The position numbers and the translations under genes were made by a program. 64,000 bases of DNA from Felis catus (Eukaryota), in assembly GCF_018350175.1 (NCBI RefSeq), contig NC_058383.1:14510001-14574000 (forward strand), read 5' to 3'. Numbering within the stretch: the first letter of the stretch is position 1; every line of letters starts with the position of its first letter. The notes beneath the pieces were generated by a model. That model searched no databases. It was given only the letters and a program-made list of their open reading frames with translations, and was not told the DNA's origin. Positions 12,985 through 24,499 of the stretch are shown here, piece by piece.

Positions 12985-13790
12985 TGCATTCATTAGTACG
13001 TTCACATTCGCCCATTGAACAAGAGTTTGTCAGGTGCTTACTGATGTGCCAGACCCAGCGCTGGGCAGTGGGGACACAGGATGGCATGGGTCTGGTCCTC
13101 AATGAGCTAACAGCCCAGTAAGGAAAAGAGAGAGTAATACTCTCACACACCCACTGTGTGTGTGCGTGGCACACTCACAAAATCACAACTGCGGTAAGTT
13201 GTACTTGCACAAGTGTGTACAAGTACTACGTGAGTCTGCAGTAGGGGGCTCTGCCTTTATGGGGGGGGCTTCCCTGGGGAAGCAGCGGTTGAGCTAAAGG
13301 CTGAAGTTGGAGGAAGAGGTAACCAGGCAGAGAAGGAAAGAGTGTCCCGGGCAGGGGCTCAGCAAAGGCTCCAAGGCTGGAAGGACTGTGGCACATGAAA
13401 GAAGAGAAAGAAGGCTCGCTGTGGGGGAGCTGCACATGAGAGTGAGGCAGGCACGGGAGTCCTCCAAAGCCATGTTAGGATTCTGGACTTCATTCTCAGA
13501 GCAGTGGGAGCCCACGAAGCGTTCAGGGGAATGACGTGATCGGATCACGGCACTCTGGCTGCTGAGTGGAGGCCAGACGGATGGCGCCATGGGCACGTGG
13601 GTGCCGCGGTCCAGGTGGTGGCAGCTTGGAGTGGTGGCGGAGGAGCCGGTGGTCTGGTGGTCGTGGTGGGTGTTTGGGGAAGTGGCTACAATCGAGCCAC
13701 AGTTAAGAGGCGTTCGTCTGCAGGACTTGGTGACGGACTGACCAGTGTCTGGGGAGGTGAGTGCTGAGCATGACACCCGGATTTCTTTCT
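12985..13790 (-). mobile_element. Degenerate L2 3' region
   Basis: cattcatt...gtgcttactgatgtgccagac...ctgggcagtggggacacag, followed by purine-rich antisense L2-like sequence. Confidence 0.6.
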
Positions 13791-14675
13791 GGATCCGGCA
13801 GCTTCCTGTTGAAACTTAATGACTAGGGGGTGGGGGAGATGGAGGTGCAGACCCTGTAAGACCCTGTAAGACCATCCAGGGCTTTTTCCAGAGACAGCTG
13901 CCCCCAGATGGCACCTGGGGCATCTCGGGACAAGTAGCTTTCATGTTATGGCGCTCGCTGTTCACATTCTAGTGTCACGGTTGAAAATTCTCACTAGATT
14001 ACTTTGGCTCCAAGCCTACTCGTTCCTGAACAATACTTTCTGCTGCTTTGAGCAACAGCTGGCCTCCAAAAATGGTGGAATGGGACCCAGACCTCGAATA
14101 CTTGAATTCTCGTAGTGGTTTCCAAAGCCGGACGGACACACAAGATAATGCACTGGGGTCCAAGGGGGAATACATTAGCACCTCCATGGCTGTATAATTT
14201 TTAAATGTCTCTGTACTTAAATGTATCGTGTGTAAAATACATTAGTACGATAGCACGGGCATGTATTTTTAAATGGATAAAGTCAACATATTGGCCTTCA
14301 GCTGTTCTTTTTCCAGTGGAGAACATATATCAAAAATGTTTAGAGGCCACTGCCTACAGTAGGTGATATAAATGAAACAGCCACATTGGCTTTAGCTCCT
14401 GGCTTCCGCCATGTTTCCTGGCCGCCTCCACGGCTGCTCACCTCCACCAAGGTGGTGACTTCCGGCTCCTTGACTTTGCCCTCTTACCGTCCAAGCTCCT
14501 TGGTGATGGAGGCACCAGGGAGAGCATGGTCTGGGCAATACCTGGAACTTTAGATCCCCAGCATTCCTGGAGCCATCACCCAGTGGTCTGAGCTCTGGCC
14601 AGGCACATCCTACCTTCTCTTTGCCGCCAGTCATAAAACCACGGTCTCAGAAAAAGACATGAAATGAGTTTAGGC

Positions 14676-14853
14676 CAGTGGTTCCCAAATCTGGACACAT
14701 CACAATCACATGGGGGATTTTTTAAACCACCCAGTAGCCCCTCAGCTTCTCCTCGGAGAATGTGATTCATAGGTCTCGGGTGGGATCCAAGCGTTTGTTA
14801 TTTTAAAGCATCCCTCGGGGGTTCGGAGGCACAGCCAGGTTTGGGAACCAGCA
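14676..14853. mobile_element. MER5A-like hAT-Charlie MITE
   Basis: TIRs cagtggttcccaaa / tttgggaaccagca; degenerate 8-bp TSD gtttaggc / atctaggc; about 180 bp. Confidence 0.8.
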
Positions 14854-15764
14854 ATCTAGGCCAGCTTCTCGTCCTGCCCTTGAAGGGAAGACGGAGACTC
14901 TGGGAAGTACAGAGGGCATTCAGGGAGACCGCCAGACCGGCTGAGATCCAGGCATAATTCCGGAAATACCAACTTTTGCCTAGTCTGGTGACATACTTTC
15001 CGTCATCTTTAAGACTCTAGTGAGTTAGTAAAATACTTGTTAGACAATATGAGTTGAATGAATGAAATTCACCAAAAGATGGAATTAAGCCAGCGCACCC
15101 TCGAAGACTCTCCCCGTGGAGTGATGGTGGAGAACTCAGAAATCAATGGCACCCTTTGACATCTGTCTCCCATAGTGTCCTCTTCCCCCAGGGTATCAAC
15201 TGTCCTAAGCAGAAAGGACGTGTCCCGCCTAAGACTCTTGTGATGCTCTTTTTCTTCCAGAGCCTTGGGCAGGCTTTCTGGCCCAGGGCACGATGCTACC
15301 ACCCTACGTCCCAACTACACAAGCAAAAACCCTAGGAGTCATTCTTGATCCTTCTTTGTCTCCGCCATATCCAACCCGTTGCTCAAGATTTTGCCTGCTA
15401 AAAAGCCTCAAATCTGTCAACATATCTGCTTCTATTCCATTGCCCTAGCCAAAGCTACCAGCATTTCTCCGGGCAGTGACGTTAAGGCCCTCCTGCCTCC
15501 TCTGCCTCCCCTCGCCTTCCTGCTAGTCTGTTTCCCACGCTTCAGCCAGAGTTCACGTTTTCAAACTCATACCTTTCAGTGGCTTCTCATTTAGAATGAA
15601 GATCAGTTTCCTTCACGTGGCCTGCAGGCCCGGCTGGTGCAAACCCTGCCTGCCCACCCAGCTTTCTTTCATGCTATTCTCCTCTCTTCCACCCTTGCCC
15701 TGACGCAGCCGCATGGCTGTTCTTTCAGTTCCTTGAATACTCCTTGAATATTCCATTCATGCGA

Positions 15765-16245
15765 GTTGTTTGTGTAAGCCCACAGTTTAGTGACTTAAAA
15801 GAACAATTGATTTGCTCATGATTCTGGAGTCTGGCAGTCTAGGCTGGGGTCTGCTGGCCGATTCCTGTGCCCCTCATAGCATTGGTGGGCTCGTTCACGC
15901 ATGGGTGGTCAGTCAGTGGATTGACCGGAGGAGCCCCATCCAGCTGAAGCTCCGGGCACGTGAGTGAGCCCAGGCTGGACCCCCTTCGCTCCCATGGTCT
16001 TTCATTCCCAGCTTCTTCACAGCATAGTGGACTCAGAATCCCAAGAGGGGGACAGTAAAACTTGCAAACCCTCCCAAGACCTGGCCTTGGAGAGTGCAAA
16101 ACCTTCTACCGCATTCTACTCACCACTGCAGGTCTGAGGACAAGCCCAGATCCAAGAGGAGGGAAAGTCGATCCAACTCGTTGATGGAAGGAGCAAAAAA
16201 TCCACATTGCAAGGGAGCGTGGGAGAGATTGTTGCAGCCATCTTG
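15765..16245 (-). mobile_element. Old MaLR (MLT1) LTR within L2-like sequence
   Basis: cacagtttagtgacttaaaagaacaattgatttgctcatgattctg...ttctaccgcattctact...aagcccagatccaagaggaggg. Confidence 0.6.
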
Positions 16246-18058
16246 AAGCCAGACTCCCCCTGCCCCCCCCCACGAGGCCACTGCATCTGTGCTGGCTGCC
16301 CCCGGGCTTGGGCTCTTGTCCAGTTAGCCCACTTCTTTAGCCAGGTTAGCTCAGTCTAGGCTTTCTGATTTCACCTTACCTGCCCCACGTCAGGGATGCT
16401 TTCTCTAAGCCTAAGGGCCTGTCCCTTTGTTGGATGCTGGTTTTTCCAGCACTGTGTTGCTTTCCTTCATTGGAATTGGCTCTGCTTCTGAGAAGGCACA
16501 TCTGCCTGTGATTATTTAATTAATGTGTTTCCCTTTTAAGATCATCAACTTCGTGAGAGCAAGGACTTGTCCCTCGGCACTCTCCATGACATTCCCATGC
16601 TGGAAAGTAGGCTCTGAGTGGAATTTTCTGGATGAATAACTATGAATTAATTAATATGTGTTATTGGGGTCAGCACGTCTCCTGATGGCCACCACTTCCC
16701 AGGCAGAGGGTCACCAAGAGCCTTGCTGTGGCTTCTATCCCACCAGGACTTGTCCCCGAGCTTGGACTGTGCTATCTTCCTGGCCCATTCCAGCCCATCT
16801 GGAGGGCCTACCTCCTCCTCTGGGGAGGACCTCCGGGCCTGGAGTGCTATTCCAGGATGGTCGTTTCCTCTCTTCTTCCTCCCTGGCATCACAGATGTGC
16901 CAATCAGTCTTTCATCCCCACCTACTTATTCATTTCCCCTGGTATAATGTCCCCCAGTCTCCATAGAACCTCGCCATTTGGGCCGACAAACGGTAACGGA
17001 AGGAAGGATAACTTCCTCGGGAGCAGCTGTACTTGGGACGTGTGTAGCTAGTGCTTGTGTCTGGCGGAAGGATGAATCGATCACTCCGTTTATGGAGCTA
17101 CCTTTTTGCTTTCATAGCTCTCAGGTAGAGTAGGAAACTGCGTGAGTATCAGTCCCCTGGATCAGCCCTCAGCAGCTGCCTTAGTTAACCTGTCGCTTTG
17201 TTTCTAAGGTATTCAGTCTACCCTCGTGAATGGCTTCACTTCTACACTACATCTACACTCAGTCATTTGACCACGGACAGACTTCACGTCACCCTGTCAA
17301 CACTTAGGGCCAGCTCATGAGCTCTGCTGTGACCACTCCTGCCAACTTGGAGAAGAGCCTCCCAAGACTTGAGAATCACTTGACCCACTGGCTCCTTCCG
17401 TTGCCTTGCATTGCACTGGAGATGGCTTTGTGCGGCAGGAGGCTGACCTTGGCACCCCTAACGATGACACCCCTGACCCTGAGGGTATCGTTGGTGCCAC
17501 TTCGGGTCCACTGAGTTTCCTCAGGCCATGGATGCACACCCTGTCCCCCTCACTCACCCCACCCACAGAGGCACTGGCCAGATATCTTGAGTGAGGTGGA
17601 AGCTGTGGCTGAGGAAATTCTGGAGGATCCATGAGCGCAGGCCCGCTCCCCCTGGATTGGTGGGGTCAGAGCTGCAGGTGCCCACCGAGTAAGGCCTGGC
17701 CTGTTGGTGTGGCCCGGGGTTAGGGTGTGGTTCTGGGTCGCCCACTTACTGGCTATCGATTGTAAACAACTTAATCAACCTCTTGGACCCTCAGTTTCCT
17801 CATCTGTGAGGATTTCATGAGGTACTTGGTGTTGGTGCCTGGTTGTAAGGATTTGGCTGGTCCTACGTTTTGGAGCCGGCCTAGCGAAGACACTCACCTC
17901 TGTGAGTGGAGGGTCTGTGGAAGTGGAGGATGGAGGAAGGATAAAGCAGAGAGGAGGATAGGGCTGCTCCTCAAGGCCCAAAGGACTGGGCTCAGTTTGC
18001 CTCCCACACCTACTGGGTGTTTGTGTGTCTTTCTTCTTTTTCTTTTCTGTGTTTTCCT

Positions 18059-18180
18059 TCCTCTCCCTCCTCCTCCTCCTCCTCCTCCTTCTTCTTCTTC
18101 TTCTTCTCCTTCTTCTTCCTCTTCTCTCTCTCTCCCTTCCTTCCTTCCTTCCTTCCTTCCTTCCTTCCTTCCTTCCTCTC
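18059..18180. repeat. Compound pyrimidine microsatellite (CCT)n(TCT)n(CCTT)n
   Basis: Directly visible; about 120 nt without a purine on the + strand. Confidence 0.95.
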
Positions 18181-19104
18181 TTTATTTCTTCCCTAACTTT
18201 AAATTACCTCCTCTGCCCGGTATCTCCAGAGTAGTTTGCAGCCTGTGTGTTTCAGTGCTGTCATTTTCTGTCTCATACAAGATCTGCTGTTGCGTGTTGC
18301 TCGTGCTTACGACCCTAAATCCAGTCCGAGTCACTAGAGGTGACAGACTGAGGTGTAGACCAAGGCCAGGCTGGCACAGGATGGTAACAGGAATGTGTTC
18401 CAGGCAGAAGAGGTCTGTGATGATGTTACAGGCATCCGGGCCAGTGCTGACACTGGTCATTCACTCCAGGTTTGCTGGGCCCAGCAGAGGGCTGTCTGTA
18501 CCATCAAGATGCTAAACAGTCCGAGAACCCTTTGCCTCTCCCCAGACCATACAGGAAAACCTAAGTGGCTCTGAGTTGGTGTCCATGAGTATGCCAACTG
18601 GTATCCACTTGGCAGAGTTTAGGAGAGGAAGCCACGGTCCCTGCTACACACGACAGATGTGCTGTGCGGCCTGCCTCTCAGCTGGCACACCGTCTCCCAC
18701 TCTTGTTTAAGAGGCTTGGGGTCTGACCTGGACCCTCTGCTCTGTCAGCCCACTCCTAGCAAGGGACGTCTGAAACAACTTTCCCTAGGGACAACCTGAA
18801 ACAATCGGAACAATCCCGATCTTGGTCTATCCTGACCTTGGTCTGGACCGCTTACAGAAGACTGGCACCAAGTTGGTGTGCCTGTGGGTTCTGTTCCCGC
18901 CTGGAACCTCCGTTCTTGTTACGGGGTTTCTGGCTTTTGCTGAGGCCCCTCATACACCCGCACACGTTATCCCTACTCCGGAACTGGTTTTCACACAACT
19001 CTGCTTTGGATTGCATTATTTCTCCTTAGCTTCCCAAACTGGAATCTACCCCTTGAATCTTCTTTTCCCATCTCTCTGGGGAATTACTTCTCTATCTATC
19101 TGTT

Positions 19105-20550
19105 TATTTTTGTCACCGCTTTGTTGAGATCTTCACATACCATTATGATTCACTCATTTAAAGTGCACAACTCCGAGGTGCCTGGGTGGCTCCTTCGATT
19201 GAGCACCCAGCTCTTGGTTTCAGCTCAAGTCATGATCTCCCAGTTCGTGAGATCCAACCCCGCGTTGGGCTCTGCACTAACAGCGTGGAACCTGCTTGGG
19301 ATTCTCTCTCTCCCTCTCTTTCTCTGCCCTTTCTCTGCTCATGCTCTCTCTCTCTCCCAAAATAAATGAACAAACATTGGGGCGCCTGGGTGGCGCAGTC
19401 GGTTAAGCGTCCAACTTCAGCCAGGTCACGATCTCACGGTCCGTGAGTTCGAGCCCCGCGTCGGGCTCTGTGCTGACCGCTCAGAGCCTGGAGCCTGTTT
19501 CCGATTCTGTGTCTCCCTCTCTCTCTGCCCCTCCCCCGTTCATGCTCTGTCTCTCTCTGTCCCAAAAATAAATAAACGTTGAAAAAAAAAATTTAAGAAA
19601 AAAAAATAAATGAACAAACATGAAAAAAATTTAAAAATTAAGTGCACGACTCAATGGTTTTTAGTATATTCAAGGAGTTGTTCAGTGATCACCTCAATTG
19701 ATATTAGCACATTTTTTTTTATCACCGTAAAAGGAAACCCCATCCCCACTCTACCTTCCTCCAACCCCACCCCTAGTCCTAGGCAACCCTTAATTTTCTT
19801 TCTGTCTGTATGGATTTTCTTATACTGAACATTTCACATAAATGCAATCATAGAGTACGCTGTCCTTTATGACTGGCCTCTTTCCCTTAGCATAATGTTT
19901 TCAAGGTTCATCCGTAGGGTAGCACTTACTTGTTTTTGTCACTCAATAATATTCCATTGTATGGATATACCATCTTTTGTTAATCCTTTTATCAGTTGGC
20001 GAATATTTGCCTAGTCGTAGGTTATGAAAATTTGCCCTTATGTTTACTTCTAAGAGTTCTACAGTTTTAGCTCTTACATTTATGTCTTGGATCCATTTCA
20101 AGTTTGCATATGTTGTGATGTGGTGGTCCAGATTCATTCTTTGGCATGTCGTCCCAGCACAACTTATTGAAAAGACTATTTCCCCCCGTTGGATTGTCTC
20201 GGCACCCTAGTTGAAAGTCAGTCAGTAGTAGAGGTGAGGGTTTATTTCTAGACTCTCAGTTCTATCCTGTCGTCTATCCTTATTCCTCCACCGCACTGTC
20301 TTGATTATAGCAGCTTTGTGGTAAGTTGAAATCAGAGGTGGAAGTCCTCCAGCTTTGCTCTTTCCAAGGTTTTTTGGAGTCTCTTGTATGTCTACATGTA
20401 TTTTAGGATTAGTTTGCTAATTTCTGCAAAGAAGCCATCTGGGGTTTGGATGCGGATTGTGTTGTCTTTAAATCAATATGGAAAGTGTTGCCGTCTTAAC
20501 AACATGGGGCCTTCCAATCCATGAATATGGGATGTCTTTCCATTCATTCC
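19105..20550 (-). mobile_element. Old L1 (L1M-type) 3' and ORF2 fragments hosting two nested SINEs
   Basis: Antisense L1 signatures: ttagcataatgttttcaaggttcatcc, ataatattccattgtatggatatacca, ttattgaaaagact, ttccaatccatgaatatggga. Confidence 0.85.
19174..19639 (+). mobile_element. Nested SINE pair (young SINE at 19379-19602 in the tail of an older SINE)
   Basis: Outer TSD aagtgcacaactc (19161-19173) / aagtgcacgactc (19640-19652); inner TSD aaaataaatgaacaaacat (19359-19377 / 19603-19621). Confidence 0.92.
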
Positions 20551-21892
20551 CTGAATCTTGAAACTGTGCAATGCCACATACCTGTGCCACTCTGTATCTT
20601 TGCCTATTGCCCACCCCAGAAATTCAGCTACCTTGTTTTACCTGGTAAGGTCTCTTGCCCCCATTCCTACAGGCATTGGCTATATTTGCCTCCTTGACAT
20701 GGCTTCCTTCCACTGTCAGCAGCTGCCATGACGACGCAAGGGGAACCTAATGGTCAGGTCCCCAAATCAAGCTCCTCTGGACCACTCACTGTCTACCAAA
20801 AAAACCCTTAGCTTACAGTCTCCTCCTTGAAGGTGAGGATTCATGGTTATGGGCAGAATTTTCCATCTGTATCATTTCCCTATGGTGCAGCCAGAGTTGG
20901 GAAATAGAAACAGAAGACCACACACGCATGGATCTTGCCACCGAATTCAATCAATGAAGATCCAGGGATGGTGTACAAACCTGCAGGAGGGTCCCAGTAT
21001 CCTCAAGAAGGGGGTCTGGGAAAGTAAAGGTAGAGGGGCTTGAAGTATCCCAGGTTGGGGTGAGCATATACATTGTCTGTGCTGACTGGGTCAGCTCACC
21101 AGCACACTCTCCCCACCAGTACGTTTATTTCCACAAAGTAGTCCTTCCTGACAATCAGGAGTGCTTTGTTTTGCTTGCCTGGGACTGGGAGAAGTTGTAC
21201 AGTTCAGCTTTTCCATACAAGCAGGGCCTTTTGGGCCTGGATGCCTGCCATGCCCATGCAGAGAATGGCAGGTGTCACTTCCTTGGGCTTTTGTATCCGT
21301 TAAAGGCAACTACCATATCAGCCTTCCACCCTCATGTTCCAATTCCAGCAATAACAAGGGATGCCCGCCCATGATACCATTGGGGCAGATGCTTCCAGAA
21401 GGCTGGGCATCTGTGCTCTTAGGACTCCATCATAGAGCATATTAACGATGCGTAAGTAGCCTGTTGTGCCCTTGGTGCTGATATGAATAAATATGGTTTG
21501 CTTTTCAGTTTGAATTTTCTGTTCTAGGTCTGCAAGGCCCGACTTCAGCCAGGTGGGAAAGAAAACCTCCATGGGTGCCAACTGTGCACTACGAAGAGCT
21601 TAAGAAAATCCATGTGTCACCAGGAGCCACCTAACTAAGGCTCTGGGCCTTAGTTACCCAGAGCTCTATTTTGATATCCTAAACTATTTTATCTATAAAA
21701 GTCTCCCAAGCCTTCTCTTACACCTGTTTTAGTTAGGTTAGTCTACACTGCAGTAACAGACCAACCTCAAAATACATTGAAATGTACTTCTCACCCATGC
21801 TGCGTCCCCTGACCGTTGCCTTTGGGCCTTGGGGAGGGGCAGTGGCCTCTAGGGATTTCCCTGTCAGGCTGATCAAGTCCTCCCTCCTCCAG

Positions 21893-22078
21893 GTATGGCT
21901 CTGTGGGGGCAGCATGGAGGTCCTGCCTTGCTCACGGGTGGCCCACATTGAGCGGAAGAAGAAACCCTACAACAGCAACATCGGTTTCTACACCAAGAGG
22001 AATGCTCTCCGGGTTGCTGAGGTCTGGATGGATGATTACAAGTCTCACGTGTACATAGCGTGGAATCTGCCACTGGAG
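21893..22078 (+). CDS. GALNT17: GALNT17 internal coding exon (C-terminal catalytic domain), 186 nt, phase 0/0
   Basis: Acceptor tccctcctccag, donor GAG|gtaggg. Encodes VWLCGGSMEVLPCSRVAHIERKKKPYNSNIGFYTKRNALRVAEVWMDDYKSHVYIAWNLPLE, with the GalNAc-T motifs WxCGG, PCSRVxH and RxAEVWMD; matches my recollection of GALNT17. Confidence 0.96.
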
Positions 22079-24361
22079 GTAGGGCCCCAGCAGCCCTTCC
22101 CCATCACCCTGGACCAGTGATCCTGTCAGACAGGTCACTGATGGTGTCTCCTCAGAAAGATGCTTACACTTGCAAAATTGTAAGAGCATTTTGAAGGGGT
22201 TCACAGATCTCCAGGTGTGGGAAACCCTGCTTTACGTGGGGCCTGGCACAATGGAACTCTTGAAATCCAGTTACAAAGAGTAGAAGGGTCTTATTGAATT
22301 AATCCCAGCCATACTGTAGTCATCCGGATGCCCTGCTCCTGAACGTCCATGATGTTCTGGAAGCTTCTTAACCAACGACTCCATGATTTGCCCTCACTTT
22401 GTGCCCTCCCACGGAGCTCCACCTGCCCCATGACATACACCCCTACCAGTTTACATGGCTCTTCAAGTCTCCTCCGTATTCTTTCCAGAATACAGCCTAA
22501 GAAAACCCCCGTGTTGCCAAAGCCTGACAGGAGTATTGTGTGATGGCTGTGCCTTGATTTGGTTGGAATCCTTGCTCTGCTGCTTACCAGCTATGCAGTC
22601 TTGAACAAATCCATTTACTGCCTCCGTCCCTGAGGCTCCTTGCCTAGAAAATCCTTCCAAAGGTGACTGGGGGAACTGAATCTAAAGTACTCGCTTAAGT
22701 AATAAGTACTAAAGTACCCCCATCTAAGTACTAGAGTACTCAGTTTAAGTACAGAGTACCAAAATCATCGATCTAGGTGCATGTAATGCACTTAGATCCA
22801 CAGCACAGCGGGGTGACCCCCCAAAGTTGGGTTTATCTCTTCAGTCAGAGTACCTGTAGGTGTCTCAGCCATGCCCTGAGAGAGTCGCCTAGAATTGTTC
22901 CCTCTGAGGACCGGCAGATTTCAGGTTTCAGGAGGCGGCAGCCCAGAGCAGCAGACTATGTGCAGGATTTCTAGATAAAGAGGGTAAAAGTGAAGAATTT
23001 GTATCATGTTGTTACAGTTATTGAGATAATGTTCCCAAGCATTGAAGCCCTTTTGGCCATAATAGCACTTTGTAGCTGTTAAACCAGAAGTGATTTGACA
23101 TGTGGTTATTTATATAAAGATAGGTACTCCTTGCTGAGCCCTGGCTATGTCCCTGGCACTCAGGAAGTATGATCAAAGGAGCCCCTTAAACCTACTCCCT
23201 AAGCAGTATCTCATTTAGTGCCTCCGTAACGACCTCATGACAGAAGAACTTTCTGCCTCAGTTTCCTTGCCTATAAAGCAGGGATTGTTGACATTCATCT
23301 CCTGGGGCTCTTGTGAAGATAAAAACAAGGCTTAGAGTATAGCAACTGTGAAGGGCTCAATACATGCTAGCTTGATATGGACCTATTATGACGTCCATTT
23401 TACAGGTGAGTAGACTGAGACTCTGGGAGGTGACGTGTGACTTGCGTAAGGTCCTACGTGTAGCACATGGCAGGGCAGGGCTGTGAACTCACATCCTTCC
23501 TCGACTCTCCCCACAGCCCTGTGAAATCAGTGCAATCAGTATTCTTATTCCCGTTTGTGAATTTACAGTGGCAGTGTGACTTAGGGTCATAAGCGCTCAA
23601 GGCGGCTGGCCGTGTTCCGATGCACCTTTAGGGGGGTTTTCCTTTAACACCACCATTTGGCTGTTGAAAGGAGAAATCTTAACGAAATAATATGAACTCC
23701 TCCTGGCCCCCGAGCTGCCGCCTGGCTGGCCGCCATTGTGGAGACAGCGTCCTGTCCCTCCTGGTTCGCGGCCATCTTGCGGCGGAGCCTGTGGAGTCCT
23801 ATTTCAGCTAGTTTATTTTCCCTTGTCAGCATGTAATGAACCCATTACAGGTTCATTTCTGTAAAAGCAGAGTGAATTATTCATTAGAACATCATTACAA
23901 GCTTTGCAATGGAAAATTATTTTCACTTCGGTGTATAATGAACTTCACAAAGGGCCAGCAAAGGGGGGAATCACACGTGTATAGAGAAGAAAGACAGGAG
24001 GTGGTTATAGGCATTTATTTTCCTGTCTTAATCAAATAATTCCTCTAATAACTGGCTCTGAGAGTCACTGAGGAAACGAGGAAAGATGCTGGGAACATAG
24101 GTTGTCAACATCAGTGCGTCCTAGGATCCCTTTTGTGTGGTGATGATAAGGACGGCTCCTTTGGGGGGCCGCGTGCTGCACTCAGGGGACCGTAGTCTAG
24201 CCTGGGGCTCTGGGATCAAATGAGTCCCCTTAAACCTACTTCCCAAGCAAGCATGCAGGACATCAGGTTTCTCTCTGATGGCTTTCCTCAAAAGCCACCC
24301 GCCTTCTTCTCCGGCCAGAGCTCCCCAGTCACTAATGCCCCTTGCTTCTCTCTACTTTCAG

Positions 24362-24499
24362 AATCCAGGAATTGACATCGGTGATGTCTCCGAAAGAAGA
24401 GCCTTGAGGAAAAGTTTAAAGTGTAAGAATTTCCAGTGGTACCTGGACCACGTTTACCCAGAAATGAGAAGATACAATAACACCATTGCATATGGGGAG
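24362..24499 (+). CDS. GALNT17: GALNT17 internal coding exon (end of catalytic domain and linker), 138 nt, phase 0/0
   Basis: Acceptor ctctactttcag, donor GAG|gtaatt. Encodes [46 protein letters not shown], with the family motif GDVSER...CKxFxWYL..VYPE. Confidence 0.96.

Noticed and set aside
17817..18515. 232-aa ORF with poly-P/S/L stretches
   Set aside because: It is open only because it crosses a stop-free pyrimidine microsatellite.
20700..21590. Unique-looking stretch considered as a processed pseudogene or ERV interior
   Set aside because: No recognisable protein in the frames inspected, and no poly(A) or TSD; a BLASTX/Dfam search would be needed.
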